Source: Wallemia ichthyophaga EXF-994
Taxonomy: Eukaryota > Fungi > Basidiomycota
Reading direction: 5' to 3'
DNA: 62,000 bases
Assembly: GCF_000400465.1 (NCBI RefSeq)
Contig: NW_008806276.1
Span: forward strand, 20,001 to 82,000
Shown: piece by piece, positions 46,245-56,185 of the stretch
Layout: every line of letters begins with the position of its first letter
How positions within the stretch are numbered: position 1 is the stretch's first letter
Translations under genes and position numbers: made by a program
The notes under the pieces: generated by a model
What the model saw: the letters and a program-made list of their open reading frames with translations, nothing else
What the model was told of the DNA's origin: nothing
Database searches by the model: none

Positions 46245-46616
46245 ATGAAGTTTCCAGTCACTTTAGTTCTATTAGTCGCTGTTCTTTGTTGTCTTGTCGA
46301 AGCAGCCAAGCGCCGGGGGTACAATAGAGGCATCCTCGACAAGAAAGGTATGATGCAAAAGAGAGGTATCCTCGGTAAGAAGGAATTTGGCAAGAGATAC
46401 ATCCTCGATAAGAGCGAATACGTCAAGAGAGGCGGATTGACTGATATCCTGGACAAGAGAGATATCTACCGCAGACAAGAAAATAATTACGACTTCGACG
46501 AACTGACAGACATGAAGAGGGGTATCCTCAGTCGTCAAGATAACGATGACCTCGAGGAACTTTCAGCCATCAAGAGAGAGATTCTCAAGCGTCAAGATGA
46601 TGAAACGCTCGAATGA
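46245..46616 (+). CDS. Secreted Kex2-processed repeat protein (KEP-like peptide precursor), 123 aa, copy A
   Basis: Signal peptide MKFPVTLVLLVAVLCCLVEA, then 8 KR, 2 KK and RR sites flanking short R-x-IL-x-K motifs. True ATG is 46245 (the ORF track start at 46077 is a TTG). Confidence 0.8.
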   Translation: MKFPVTLVLLVAVLCCLVEAAKRRGYNRGILDKKGMMQKRGILGKKEFGKRYILDKSEYVKRGGLTDILDKRDIYRRQENNYDFDELTDMKRGILSRQDNDDLEELSAIKREILKRQDDETLE

Positions 46617-46801
46617 CTAGCTATTGGGTAAATATCAGGTCCACTCGCCATATTTTTAATATGATTCTCTGAATTCACGATTGTATGTTTTAGAAATAAA
46701 TGTTGTTTACTGTAATTAATGAAAGACATTAAAGATATCAGAGGGGTATATAAATAATCTAAAAGAGTGCAATAGCACTGACCGGACTCGCCTTGAAGGC
46801 G

Positions 46802-47119
46802 TCAGTACGAGAGCGAGTATTGATTAGTGTGTTTGAAATCATAGACCATTACGCTGAGCTCGTAGATGTAGTCGTTGAGGTCGTCGCGCTCCTGCTTCAA
46901 TTGCTTGTTGAAACTTCTCAAGTACTCAACTTCAGCTTTCAAGGAGGATTGCAAGCGTTGACGTTCGCCGTGCCGAGTATTGCAGCAGAGATGCAGAGAC
47001 TCCGCCTCATTCTTAGTAATTTCTGAGCCAGAGACATCGCGTACAATGTCTATTCCTGTTAGCAAGTGCTGATATAGATCACAATCAATCGTCTTACTTT
47101 TCTCGCTTTTTTGGATCAT
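46802..47119 (-). CDS. Small hypothetical coiled-coil protein, 105 aa, copy A
   Basis: ATG-initiated; C-terminal heptads LQSSLKAEVEYLRSFNKQLKQERDDLNDYIYEL; no recognisable family. Confidence 0.45.
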   Translation of the reverse strand: MIQKSEKSKTIDCDLYQHLLTGIDIVRDVSGSEITKNEAESLHLCCNTRHGERQRLQSSLKAEVEYLRSFNKQLKQERDDLNDYIYELSVMVYDFKHTNQYSLSY

Positions 47120-47363
47120 TTATGCAGTGAGGATATAAGAGGAGAAGAAACTGAGTAGACTCTGCACGGACTGCGTGGTCCCGCTCGGAATCCGCTCATA
47201 CGAATCTAGGGTGGTGAAAATCCGTGCCTGGAAACATCACAAGTATGTTTCCGGTAACAGTCGATGTTAAGCCTTCCTCAAACACTTGCAGATAAATGTT
47301 CAAGTAATATTGCGTGTATTATCTATCAACATCTCTATCAAGCTACTTATTACGAAGACATGA

Positions 47364-47704
47364 TCAGCTATCCTGCCTCTCGAGCTCATCTAGTACCTTG
47401 TACGCTCCCTTCTCTTCCAATGCCTTGATGAAAAGGATCCGTGCCATCTCGTCGTCCCCGAAGCGATGGAGCTTAAGCACCTCATTTCGGTAGTCAGGCC
47501 TAACTCCGAAAAGAGCGTGTGCAGCTGTATCCGTATCCAGCGAGAAGTTTGCGTTTGAGTGGGAGCGTGAATAACTACCAAAAGCACTCTTGATGTCGAG
47601 CATGTCAGGTTGATCTTCTTCGATAGCAAAATTAAACTTACAGATACCGGAGCAGCAAGCACAGAGCCTAAAACTATCCCAGTAAAGGCTGCTGCAAGCT
47701 TCAT
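47364..47704 (-). pseudogene. Small secreted-protein gene with apparent frameshift, copy A
   Basis: Signal peptide MKLAAAFTGIVLGSVLA-APVS (ATG 47704) is in a different frame from the protein-like body EDQPDMLDIKSAF...LEEKGAYKVLDELERQDS*; no normal-length intron reconciles them. Confidence 0.4.
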
Positions 47705-47906
47705 GAGTTGAAGATGTGGCGGATGTAAGTTCTCGCTGAGCAAAAGCTCCCGAGGGGGAAGCTTTCGGGTAAAAGCATACGCTAGCTCTTCTAATAATTT
47801 TAAATGATGATGTCATTTAATAATTAGGAGCATAAAGAGTCGTAAATGGCTATCATTGTATTATCGTAAATATTGGCACATTTCAATTACATCAAAGAAT
47901 CAAATA

Positions 47907-48506
47907 TTATCCCCCGCATGTTCCGTGAATAAGGAATCTCGAAAACCCTTCAATGTTTGACCTACCTTCGAGAAATAACTGGCTACCTCCGCAGGGAGTT
48001 TTGCTCCAATTAATAGTCTTATCTGAGTGATGATTAAGCACGGCATATCCATGCCAACTATCGTCAAAGTTTTGCTTTATACATTTAGTAGATTCCTTCG
48101 GTTTCTCGTTTGTTAATTTTTGGTTCATCGCACTTGATATCTTTTCCAAATGTGGATACTTGGTACATGAATTTTCGACGTGGAATTTGTAAGTGTTGTC
48201 TGATATTGCCGTTTCAATCACATTACATCTATATGTATACCAATCATAGATGGCAATGCCACTGTCATACGCAGCTCTCAGACCAAATGACAAGATTCCG
48301 ATAGAGAACCAGATTGGAACCTGATGCGTTGGAGAGCTATTGACAGGCAAATATTTAGGAAAAACCACGCGCATACTTTGAGATATAGAGTAAAAAATAG
48401 AAACATTTTCGAATGTCAAGCATTCATTATGAATGAAGTAGTTAGTGATAAGCTTGAGAAATAATGCTGCGCAATTGATGGCTATGACTTTGTGAATCGT
48501 TACCAT
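47907..48506 (-). CDS. Putative secreted Cys-containing protein resembling the CSS2 C-terminal / killer-toxin-related domain, 199 aa, copy A
   Basis: Hydrophobic N-terminus, internal hydrophobic helix VPIWFSIGILSFGL, then C-x-Y.F-x-C...I..AM...ST.CI...SWHGY...PCG pattern. Family assignment is from recalled motif spacing only. Confidence 0.6.
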   Translation of the reverse strand: MVTIHKVIAINCAALFLKLITNYFIHNECLTFENVSIFYSISQSMRVVFPKYLPVNSSPTHQVPIWFSIGILSFGLRAAYDSGIAIYDWYTYRCNVIETAISDNTYKFHVENSCTKYPHLEKISSAMNQKLTNEKPKESTKCIKQNFDDSWHGYAVLNHHSDKTINWSKTPCGGSQLFLEGRSNIEGFSRFLIHGTCGG

Positions 48507-48938
48507 ATGATGAGAGTTGAGAGGATAGGACGCGACAGTGGATAGGCTGCTCGAAAGATTTCAATAATGATAACATTTCGTCTTTGACATTAATTCTGAT
48601 TACTTACTGAACACCCACTTCCAACTCCCAAACCTCTAGATGAGACGCTTCAATTTTAAACTTAGAATTCCATAAACCGTAATTGTTTATTCAATTTACT
48701 TGAAGCTCCTCCGGCTGAAACTTTGTGTCATTTTGTCTACGACAACAGGAAACGCCCAATATTGAGACAATGACGCATTAAAGTACACGCCTTTTTATTT
48801 GTTTACAAGCTTCAGCCGAATCACTTGGCAGTTTCATTAAATGACGAGATGTGATGATAGAAGTGAGAAACATCAGCCCAGCTGGCTTTATAAGAAGCGC
48901 TATATCTTTCTTTCTTCTTCACAACTAAGAAAATTGAA

Positions 48939-49659
48939 ATGTACTTCAACAACGTCAAAGCTCTCGCCGTTCTCGCCTTTACTAGCGCCATCGTATTAGT
49001 AGCCGCTGCACCTAACCCAGCTGGCAACATCTCGTATCGCGGAGATGTAGGAGATGTCGGTCACAAGAATGAAAACTCTGAAAAGGGTGTGGATGCCAAG
49101 AACAACGATAATTACGACAAATACGATAAGCAAGACAAGGAATCTCACGAAGAGGCGCTCAAGAAGCACAGCAAAGAGGTCGAAAAGCAGAAAATGCTGA
49201 CGAAAGAAGCTGCCGAAAAGAACAAAGCAAATGACAAGGTTGGTAATGACGAAGCTTGCTGAAAATTGGCTTACACAGTAATAGAACCAGAAGACAGACG
49301 AGTACTGGAAGGGTGAGAAGAAAGATGACAACACGTACGACAACAAGTCTGGTAATAAGAAGCAAGACAATCAGTACGACACCAGTAAGAAACAAGATTC
49401 TGGCAAGCACGATACCGACATGAAACAAGAGCACTACAACGACAAAAAGCAAGACAATCACTACGACACCAGTAAGAAACAAGATTCTGGCAAGCACGAT
49501 ACCGACATGAAACAAGAGCACTACAACGACAAAAAGCAAGACAATCACTACGACACCAGTAAGAAACAAGATTCTGGCAAGCACGATACCGACATGAAAC
49601 AAGAACACGACAACGACAAGAAGCAAGACAATCATTACGATACCGACAAGAAAGACTAA
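48939..49659 (+). CDS. Secreted hydrophilic K/D/N/H-rich repeat protein, 224 aa; 2 exons, copy A
   Basis: Signal peptide MYFNNVKALAVLAFTSAIVLVAA-APNP; intron 49239-49284 (46 nt) joins exon 1 (100 codons) in frame to the repeat exon ending at TAA 49659. Confidence 0.78.
49357..49650. repeat. 87-bp (29-aa) coding tandem repeat, 3 full units plus a partial unit
   Basis: aagcaagacaatc anchors at 49360, 49447, 49534 and 49621; unit KQDNHYDTSKKQDSGKHDTDMKQEHYNDK. Confidence 0.9.
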
Positions 49660-50010
49660 GCTTCGATTGTTTGTTAAGCTTATTGTACACTGTGTTCATG
49701 AATGATTCTATCATTGAACAAAGATATTAATTTTGAGTATTCAGCAAGGTGCTTTGTTCTTTACCCCGATAGGGCCTCTCGCTTATCAAGCTATTCCAAA
49801 AATAAAATCTTACTTATCCCAGCTGAGTTTGAACCCTTCAAGTTTGTCTCCTTTGTTCCACACTCTCACTACCGTAATTGATCCCTAAATCCGTCTTATC
49901 CACCTTATTTAACACAAGATACTTGACATGGACAAGCGAGATATCTAAGCGACCGTGACTATCTACCTATACAGTAATTCAAGACCACATCTAGCTCAAA
50001 TAACATCGGG

Positions 50011-51201
50011 ATGAAGTTGGAATTAGTCGCGATAGCTGCAATTATTCAGTTTGTCTTAGCGAAAGAGCCCTGGGATGACTTTAAGCATATCAAGGCATCG
50101 TTATTTGCTAATATAGTCACTTTTCACATTAAGAACACCATCATTGCTTGACGGACAAAAGTCAGAATTTTGATATTGCTGTTAATGGTATACCTTTTGA
50201 TACAAGCGTGTCATACTGAACAGGGGCCAGATTCGGACCGAATAGTGAGCCAATTCCCAAGCTCGAATATATTGCTGATTTGCTTAGGCATTAGTCAGGG
50301 ATCACGTCACCAAGACCCAGCAAATGCATGGTCGCACTTCTGGGAGGCCAACCCTTACGCGAAAGGGGTCAAAATTTTAGACTGTGGGGATATTCCAGTG
50401 ATTACAGTAGACAACCAGATGTCATAAAAAAGCACCGAAGCTGCGCACGACAATCTTCTCAATCGACCAACTGCAAGTAAGCATCTAAAGCATCCAATGC
50501 TACTCACATTTGGAGGTGACCACTCAATTGAGTTGCCAATTCTGCGTACTCTAAAAAAGGCGCGTAATCCGCGCTATTCATCGAAGTACATTTCCCGACA
50601 CTCATCTCTAGGTACACGGTCCTATATCGCTTATTCAGATCGACTCTCATATCGATACATGGTCTTCAGGCAAAAAGTATGGGTTCAGTGATAAGCACGA
50701 CACAGCACCTGTCTCTCATGGCAACATGCTTTGGCATGCGTCGGAGGAAAATTTGCTTACCTCGAGATCGATCCAAGCTGGAATAAGGACGCGTTTTACA
50801 AAAGAAAGGGATATTACAGATAATAAAGAGTTTGGTATAAAAATGATCACGATCGATGCTATAGATGAAATCGGTGCAAAGGGAATTGCAGATCAAATTA
50901 GAAAAAGGGTCGGCAATACGGCAGCCTATTTGACAATTGATATAGACTCAGTTGATCCTGCCTTTGCCGGCGCCACTGGAACACCCGAGCCTGGTGGGCT
51001 TACCACGCGCGAAGCCAAGACTATTTTAAGGAATCTGAAGGGTTTAAATTTTGTTGGGGCAGATATAGTCGAAGTTATTCACCATATGACGCTGGAAGTG
51101 AGCTAAGACAGATGGTCGCGGCTGATGTGGCACATGAAATTCTTCAATTACTGACTACGTCACCAATTATGGAATCCAGCGTAATTCACGATGAGTTGTG
51201 A
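50011..51201 (+). pseudogene. Agmatinase/ureohydrolase (arginase family) pseudogene with signal peptide
   Basis: MKLELVAIAAIIQFVLA; FDIAVNGIPFDTSVSY*TGARFGP (TGA 50217-50219 where Arg is usual), VKILDCGDIPV, TFGGDHSI, IQAGIRT, AYLTIDIDSVDPAFAGATGTPEPGGLTTRE; further stop at 50425-50427, frameshifts, and the DxHxD metal motif is corrupted. Confidence 0.85.
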
Positions 51202-51698
51202 ATGCATTTAAATAAGCTTTCACTAATGATTTACGCTTCTAAAGGTCTCTTTTCGTATTTATTACATCACATAGCTAAGAAATGCACATCGATGCCCATA
51301 TTTTGCCACTTATACGACTTCCTACGAGCTTGTATGTCAAAAACAAGCAATCTAAATGCTGCTAAATTCAACACTTTCTATTCTCCATTTATTCAATGTC
51401 ATATATGGAACTATCACCAGGAACTCACCAGGAATTCACCGATTAGGAAGGAAGATAAAGATATCTAGGCACTTCATTATCAAACCTACATGCAAGAATA
51501 CTATCGCTTAATTTCCGTCGCTTAATTGACCTTCACATGATTTATTGACCAGAACATACAGTTGATAAGATGTCTGATAAGGCGTCGATAAGGATGAGGA
51601 TAAGTAGGGTCGTTTTTTCAATAACTCTTCTTTCACCAATGAATAAAGAAGAAAAAAGGAGCCTTCCATAAACTCAGCGTGTTTTTTTTTTTTTAACA

Positions 51699-53598
51699 AT
51701 GCCGAGCCGGAGTCTTCAACAAAAAGGGGCTCTCATACCAGCCGAAATCTGAATAGACGTCATATCCAAATTTACGGAATAGGTGGTGTGAGTTGAAAGA
51801 GAAAGGAAAGGATTGATTGCTGATCTAAAAAGGTTATTGGGACGGCGGTGATTGTCACACTAGGAGAACAGAACACAGAAGCAGGTGTGTTTGTCTCGCG
51901 TAAAAATAAAACCACTCAAAACTCACAGGACCGCTATTCTTGTTGCTGGCTTATACCTTCTGGAGCTGCATAATCTACATCGTGAATTAATGTGTAGCAG
52001 TGCCCACTTGTCGTCTACCAGTAGAGAATGATGCATTTGTGGATTTCGCTGGTAATTATATATCACCAGCGTTTGGTGTGTCTATTGGGTACAATTACTT
52101 TTTGTGCATGGTGAGAGCTATTGATTGAAGTGTAATCACGTAACAACATCTTCAGATAGGTCTTCTCTGCTTTGAAATTACAAACTTCGGAAACGCTATC
52201 AACTACTGGACCACAGAGCCATTACACCCGGCTATAATGGTATCTGCGAGTATTGCAGCTTATGTCCTCATACACTCATGGGACTCGAGATGGTTCGGGG
52301 AGTCAGAGTTTGTGGGTTAGTTTGGAGATATTGCTTATTTTCTAAAAGCTATGCAGTGGATCGTTATCTTGAAACTCTTATTGCTGGTAATGTGTGTATT
52401 GTATACTTTAGTCACTATGTGCGGCGGAAATCCCCTCAATGGCGCTTATGGATTCAGATATTGGCGCGACCCTGGTCCAATAGTGGGTAATACAGCTTTA
52501 ACGCAACTGCAGGCGTTTCTAGCAGCGCTTTTGGTGCCTCATTTGCCGTCGCAGGACCAGACATGCTCTCAATAATCTCTGGAGAAGCTAGAGATCCTCG
52601 TAGAGTGATGCCGATCGCATTCAGAACAGTATTTGTTTGGTTGTTTGTGTTCTTCATCCTTTCAACACTCGCTGTTGGTATTGTTATATCTTCAGAGGAT
52701 AAAATTTTACTCAACTCCATCAAGAACAACGGAGCTGGAGCTGCCCAATCACCTTACGGAGCTAGCATGATGAGGCTGAAGATCAAAAGGCTTCCTCATC
52801 TAGTTAACGCCTCGATTACTACTAGCATTTTTAGTGCTGGATCAGCATTCTTTTTCAATTCATTACGTACACTGCACGGCTTGGCTGTTCAAGGGTTTGG
52901 CCCAGTTATCTTTAAACGTGTAAATAGAAATGGTGTTCCCTACGCAACGATTTTTGTTACAACGGCTTTCGCCTGCTTGAGCTACTTGAAAATTGGTAAT
53001 GGTAGCTCGAAGGTCCTCGATTGGTTCATTGGTGAGCGTCAGAAACACAAAGCTATTTCAACTGCTGACATGAGATCAAGGTATCTCTACCGCTGCGCAA
53101 CTGATCACTTGATGCGTTATTTGTGTAACATATTTGCGCTGGGAGAAGGCGATGAAGGTGCAAAGTTTGTGGGAGACTGAAAATTTAAATTATCGCTCTA
53201 AGCTCATGCCTTATGGTGCTTGGTGAGTTTACTGAGTCTTTGTCGTACCGGTAAGCTGACGTAGCCGAGGTTTGCTCTATTTTGCGCAACGGCAGTGACG
53301 TTAATAAACGGCTATACGGTTTTCTAGATGGAAACTGGGATATTGCTGACTTGTGTGTTGGAATTTGGAATTCTTGCCAAACTAATACCACATCAGCTTC
53401 TTTACTTACTTCTCACCGATATGCTTCGTGGTGCTTGGTGTTGGATATAGTGTGATCAAGAAAGAGGGGCTGGTTAGTCCTGACAAGGCAGACTTTTTCA
53501 CCGAGATGAAGGAGATCGACGAACACGAGAATTCACTGCTTGCACAAGAGGAGGAGAAACCTTTTTCAGCGAAGAAGGCTATTAATTGGATTCTTTAG
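51699..53598 (+). pseudogene. Amino-acid permease (YAT/APC family) pseudogene
   Basis: Fragments in shifting frames: VIGTAVIVTLG, GPLFLLLAYT, GGNPLNGAYGFRYWRDPG, AGPDMLSIISGEARDPRRVMP, SPY, PHLVNA.I.TSIFSAGS...RTLHGLAVQG.GP.IFKRVNRNGVPY, VLDWF, C-terminal EIDEHE...AINWIL*. Start is approximate. Confidence 0.82.
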
Positions 53599-54255
53599 TG
53601 TTTTCCGTTGATTTTATTATACGCTTTTTGTATTCTTTTAAATAATTTCGAAGAGTGTCACTATACTCAAAAAGATAGTCAGTTCGTCCTCAAAATTGCT
53701 TACACTTCCGATTGTTAAGAGGAAGAACTGATTAAGAGGTGATCAAATAGACTAAGTTCCGAGTCAATTGAGAATTTAGAGATGTTTGACTACTTCAATC
53801 TCTCAAAAAAGCACGCGCACACTCTACTCGAAAATGAGACCCGACGAAATAAAAGTCTGTGAAAATTCGCTACACAAGAAGGGCAAGGAAAAGCTTCCAC
53901 TTATTTAGCCGGATGAGAGAAATTATAAGAGGGAGCAATTACGTCAGACAGAATATCATTGGAGACGAGTGAGGGCTTGTGACCTCTGGAGATTGTTCTA
54001 AACATAAAATATGCGGTTGGCTAATCTGCAAGTGTCTTCCAGCTGGTTCAAAAATCATTGTATCCAAAAGTAAGATAGTTCAAAACATTCTCCTTCCTAG
54101 AACTTATGCAGAATCTCCGCTTACGTTAAAATACTCACCGGACAAGTCGCACGCTCATCGGTCAAGATTACTGGAATATTTACTGATTCTGCACGAGACG
54201 CAAATTATCACTTTAAAGTATGTAAAATGACCGAAATTAAGACAATAATCTCAAA

Positions 54256-56064
54256 TTACATTTCATTGAAAGTGCTGAGGTTCATCCAGCACGTTTCATC
54301 AGTCGCCGTGAACGAACTTCCTGATAGGAGAGTATACTCATCAAATTCGGACATGTCCAGAGCAGATACAGGCTCTGGCAATATCCAGTTCAATGGGGGC
54401 GCTTGTTTTGGAGTTTGTGTTTGCTTCTCTGTTTCACTCAAATCCAAACCAATCTTCCTAGCTTCGTCTTCTAATTTTTTGAGCTGATTCGTGTAAGTAC
54501 AGGCTCAAACATTAAGCGATACCTACAAATCCATGTGCGGCGGTACACAATTGCTCGTGATCTTGAAAAATCTCACTATGGTCAAGAGCTCATTCTCTAT
54601 AGTACTAACAGCCTGAATGTCTAAATTCTTAGCAGCTTCAATGTAAGCACCGACAAGAATGGACGCCGAGCTGCTGTATGTTGTGAAAATCATGCTAGGC
54701 AGCCGCGTCAAATCGTAGGTGGTAGCCATTAACTTGTGAAGAGAGTTGATTGCCACGCGCGAGTAAAAGAGTAGTCTAGATTGCGAAAGCTTCTCGCTAT
54801 TGAATTGCGAATGTAGGCTAAGCATGCACTTAGCAGCGATCATATGCGCCATCAAATTGTCAATATCAAGACCATCCTCATCCACGCGAACTGGATCAGA
54901 GTATTTCGAAGGAAAGCTCTGCCTGAATGTTTGTATTAAAGTATCCAACTCTCCAAATGACACTAATTGACTGCCTGACGTCAAACACAACGCTTGAACG
55001 TCGTAAAAACTTCTCAAGTGAAAGTCATTAACTCTCCCCATCAGTACGAGGGCCTTAATGAGTAGTGACAGTCCATCACCTAGATGTTGGATAAAAAAAT
55101 TGGGCGAGTACACGTACTCAGTACTTTTCGCTATTCGACTCGTGAAAGTGCTATTCTTGAAAGCTTTCAAAGTGCAAGGTAGCGGAGTAAACAAATGGCC
55201 TTCTTGAATTATACTCGGGTTTATGCCAGTATCTAGTGTAAACAGCTGGTCGATTATGTAGGCCTTGAAAAACAGCCGCCTTCGTTGCTCAACCTCTAAA
55301 TCACTGCCTGCGGCTGTCAAATACCACTTCCTAGGATAATCTGTGTCATGATTGAGTGAAAATGCTATTACTCCTCGAGCAGCGAAGGCTACCGGAAAAA
55401 ACAAGTCGGCTTTGTTACCAATTGAAAAAAGGTGTTGACTTATTATTATAGCGGCATGTATTCGCTCTAGCACAAACATCAGCCCAGGCGATTGGCCATC
55501 TTCGTTCAGCTTCTCTAGGGCTAGCGCGGTGTGTTTTTCGGAAGGATCTTTGTTAGGAAGATGTTGGAATGCGATAGCGAATACGGCGTGACAGAGTGCT
55601 TTGCAGGGGAATTTCGGTGAGGTTGGGGGTAGATGCATCAGTCTAGTTTCGAATGACTGTCTGGGAAGATCACTTGCAGCGAAAGGCGAACACGCGTAAA
55701 ATGTAGATATCAGGTAGCTAACCATATCTTTAGGTGGGAAATCTTTTGGCCAATTTGACGTTGTAATTTTGAGCGGTTCAGCGGAGGTAGATGGCATGCT
55801 ACTGCTATTACTATTGCTGTTGCTGCTATCTATTTTCACTCTCTCCAGCTTATCCTCCAGTTCTCTGATTCTGTCTTCGTAAGCCCGCAGCTTAGTCGCC
55901 CTCCTAGCTGACTGCCGCGATTCATTATCGTAAATGCATTCTAATCCACCGCTCCTGACGCAATTCGAGCAGATTGGTTTGACGGCATCGCAGCGCATCT
56001 TCTTCCTACGGCAAGCGAGGCATGCTGAGCCTTTCGGTAGCGTGTCCGATTGTGCTTTAGGCAT
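54256..56064 (-). CDS. Zn(II)2Cys6 transcription factor with fungal-specific TF domain; 2 exons
   Basis: LPKGSACLACRRKKMRCDAVKPICSNCVRSGGLECIYD; middle region EVEQRRRLFFKAYIIDQ...TPLP; a terminal exon (LKKLEDEARKIG...) to 54256 via a probable intron ~54487-54549. Confidence 0.88.
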
Positions 56065-56185
56065 CTAATTGGTTGAGATTAAAAAGCCAGGAATGATGAA
56101 ATGTGACTTCTTATCTGCATCGATTGCGTAAAATTATACAAGTGAAAATGAGAAATTTAAATGAAAATTAATTGTTATTGAAAAA

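Larger units (their letters stand above)
45040..49414 (+). repeat. Segmental duplication, copy A (partner 57521-62000+)
   Basis: Diverged homology from ~45040 (gcgtctag...gaagg) to ~45900; near-identity from 45998 onward at offset 12584, then 12586 after ~47930. ORF translations in the two copies are identical except one patch. The right end cannot be set because copy B runs off the window. Confidence 0.95.

Noticed and set aside
46245-49659. Dikaritin (ustiloxin-type) RiPP cluster
   Set aside because: No DUF3328/UstYa HxxHC oxidase, tyrosinase or other tailoring enzyme is visible in the window, and the cores are not near-identical repeats.
49159-49714. Hydrophobic or Cys-rich antisense ORFs (49159-49635, 49271-49714) and a CRISPR-like reading of the 87-bp repeats
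   Set aside because: They are reverse translations of the K/D-rich coding repeat; units are contiguous with no unique spacers, and the DNA is eukaryotic.
53979-54487. Plus-strand ORFs 53979-54230 and 54227-54487
   Set aside because: No motifs; partly antisense to the TF's last exon.
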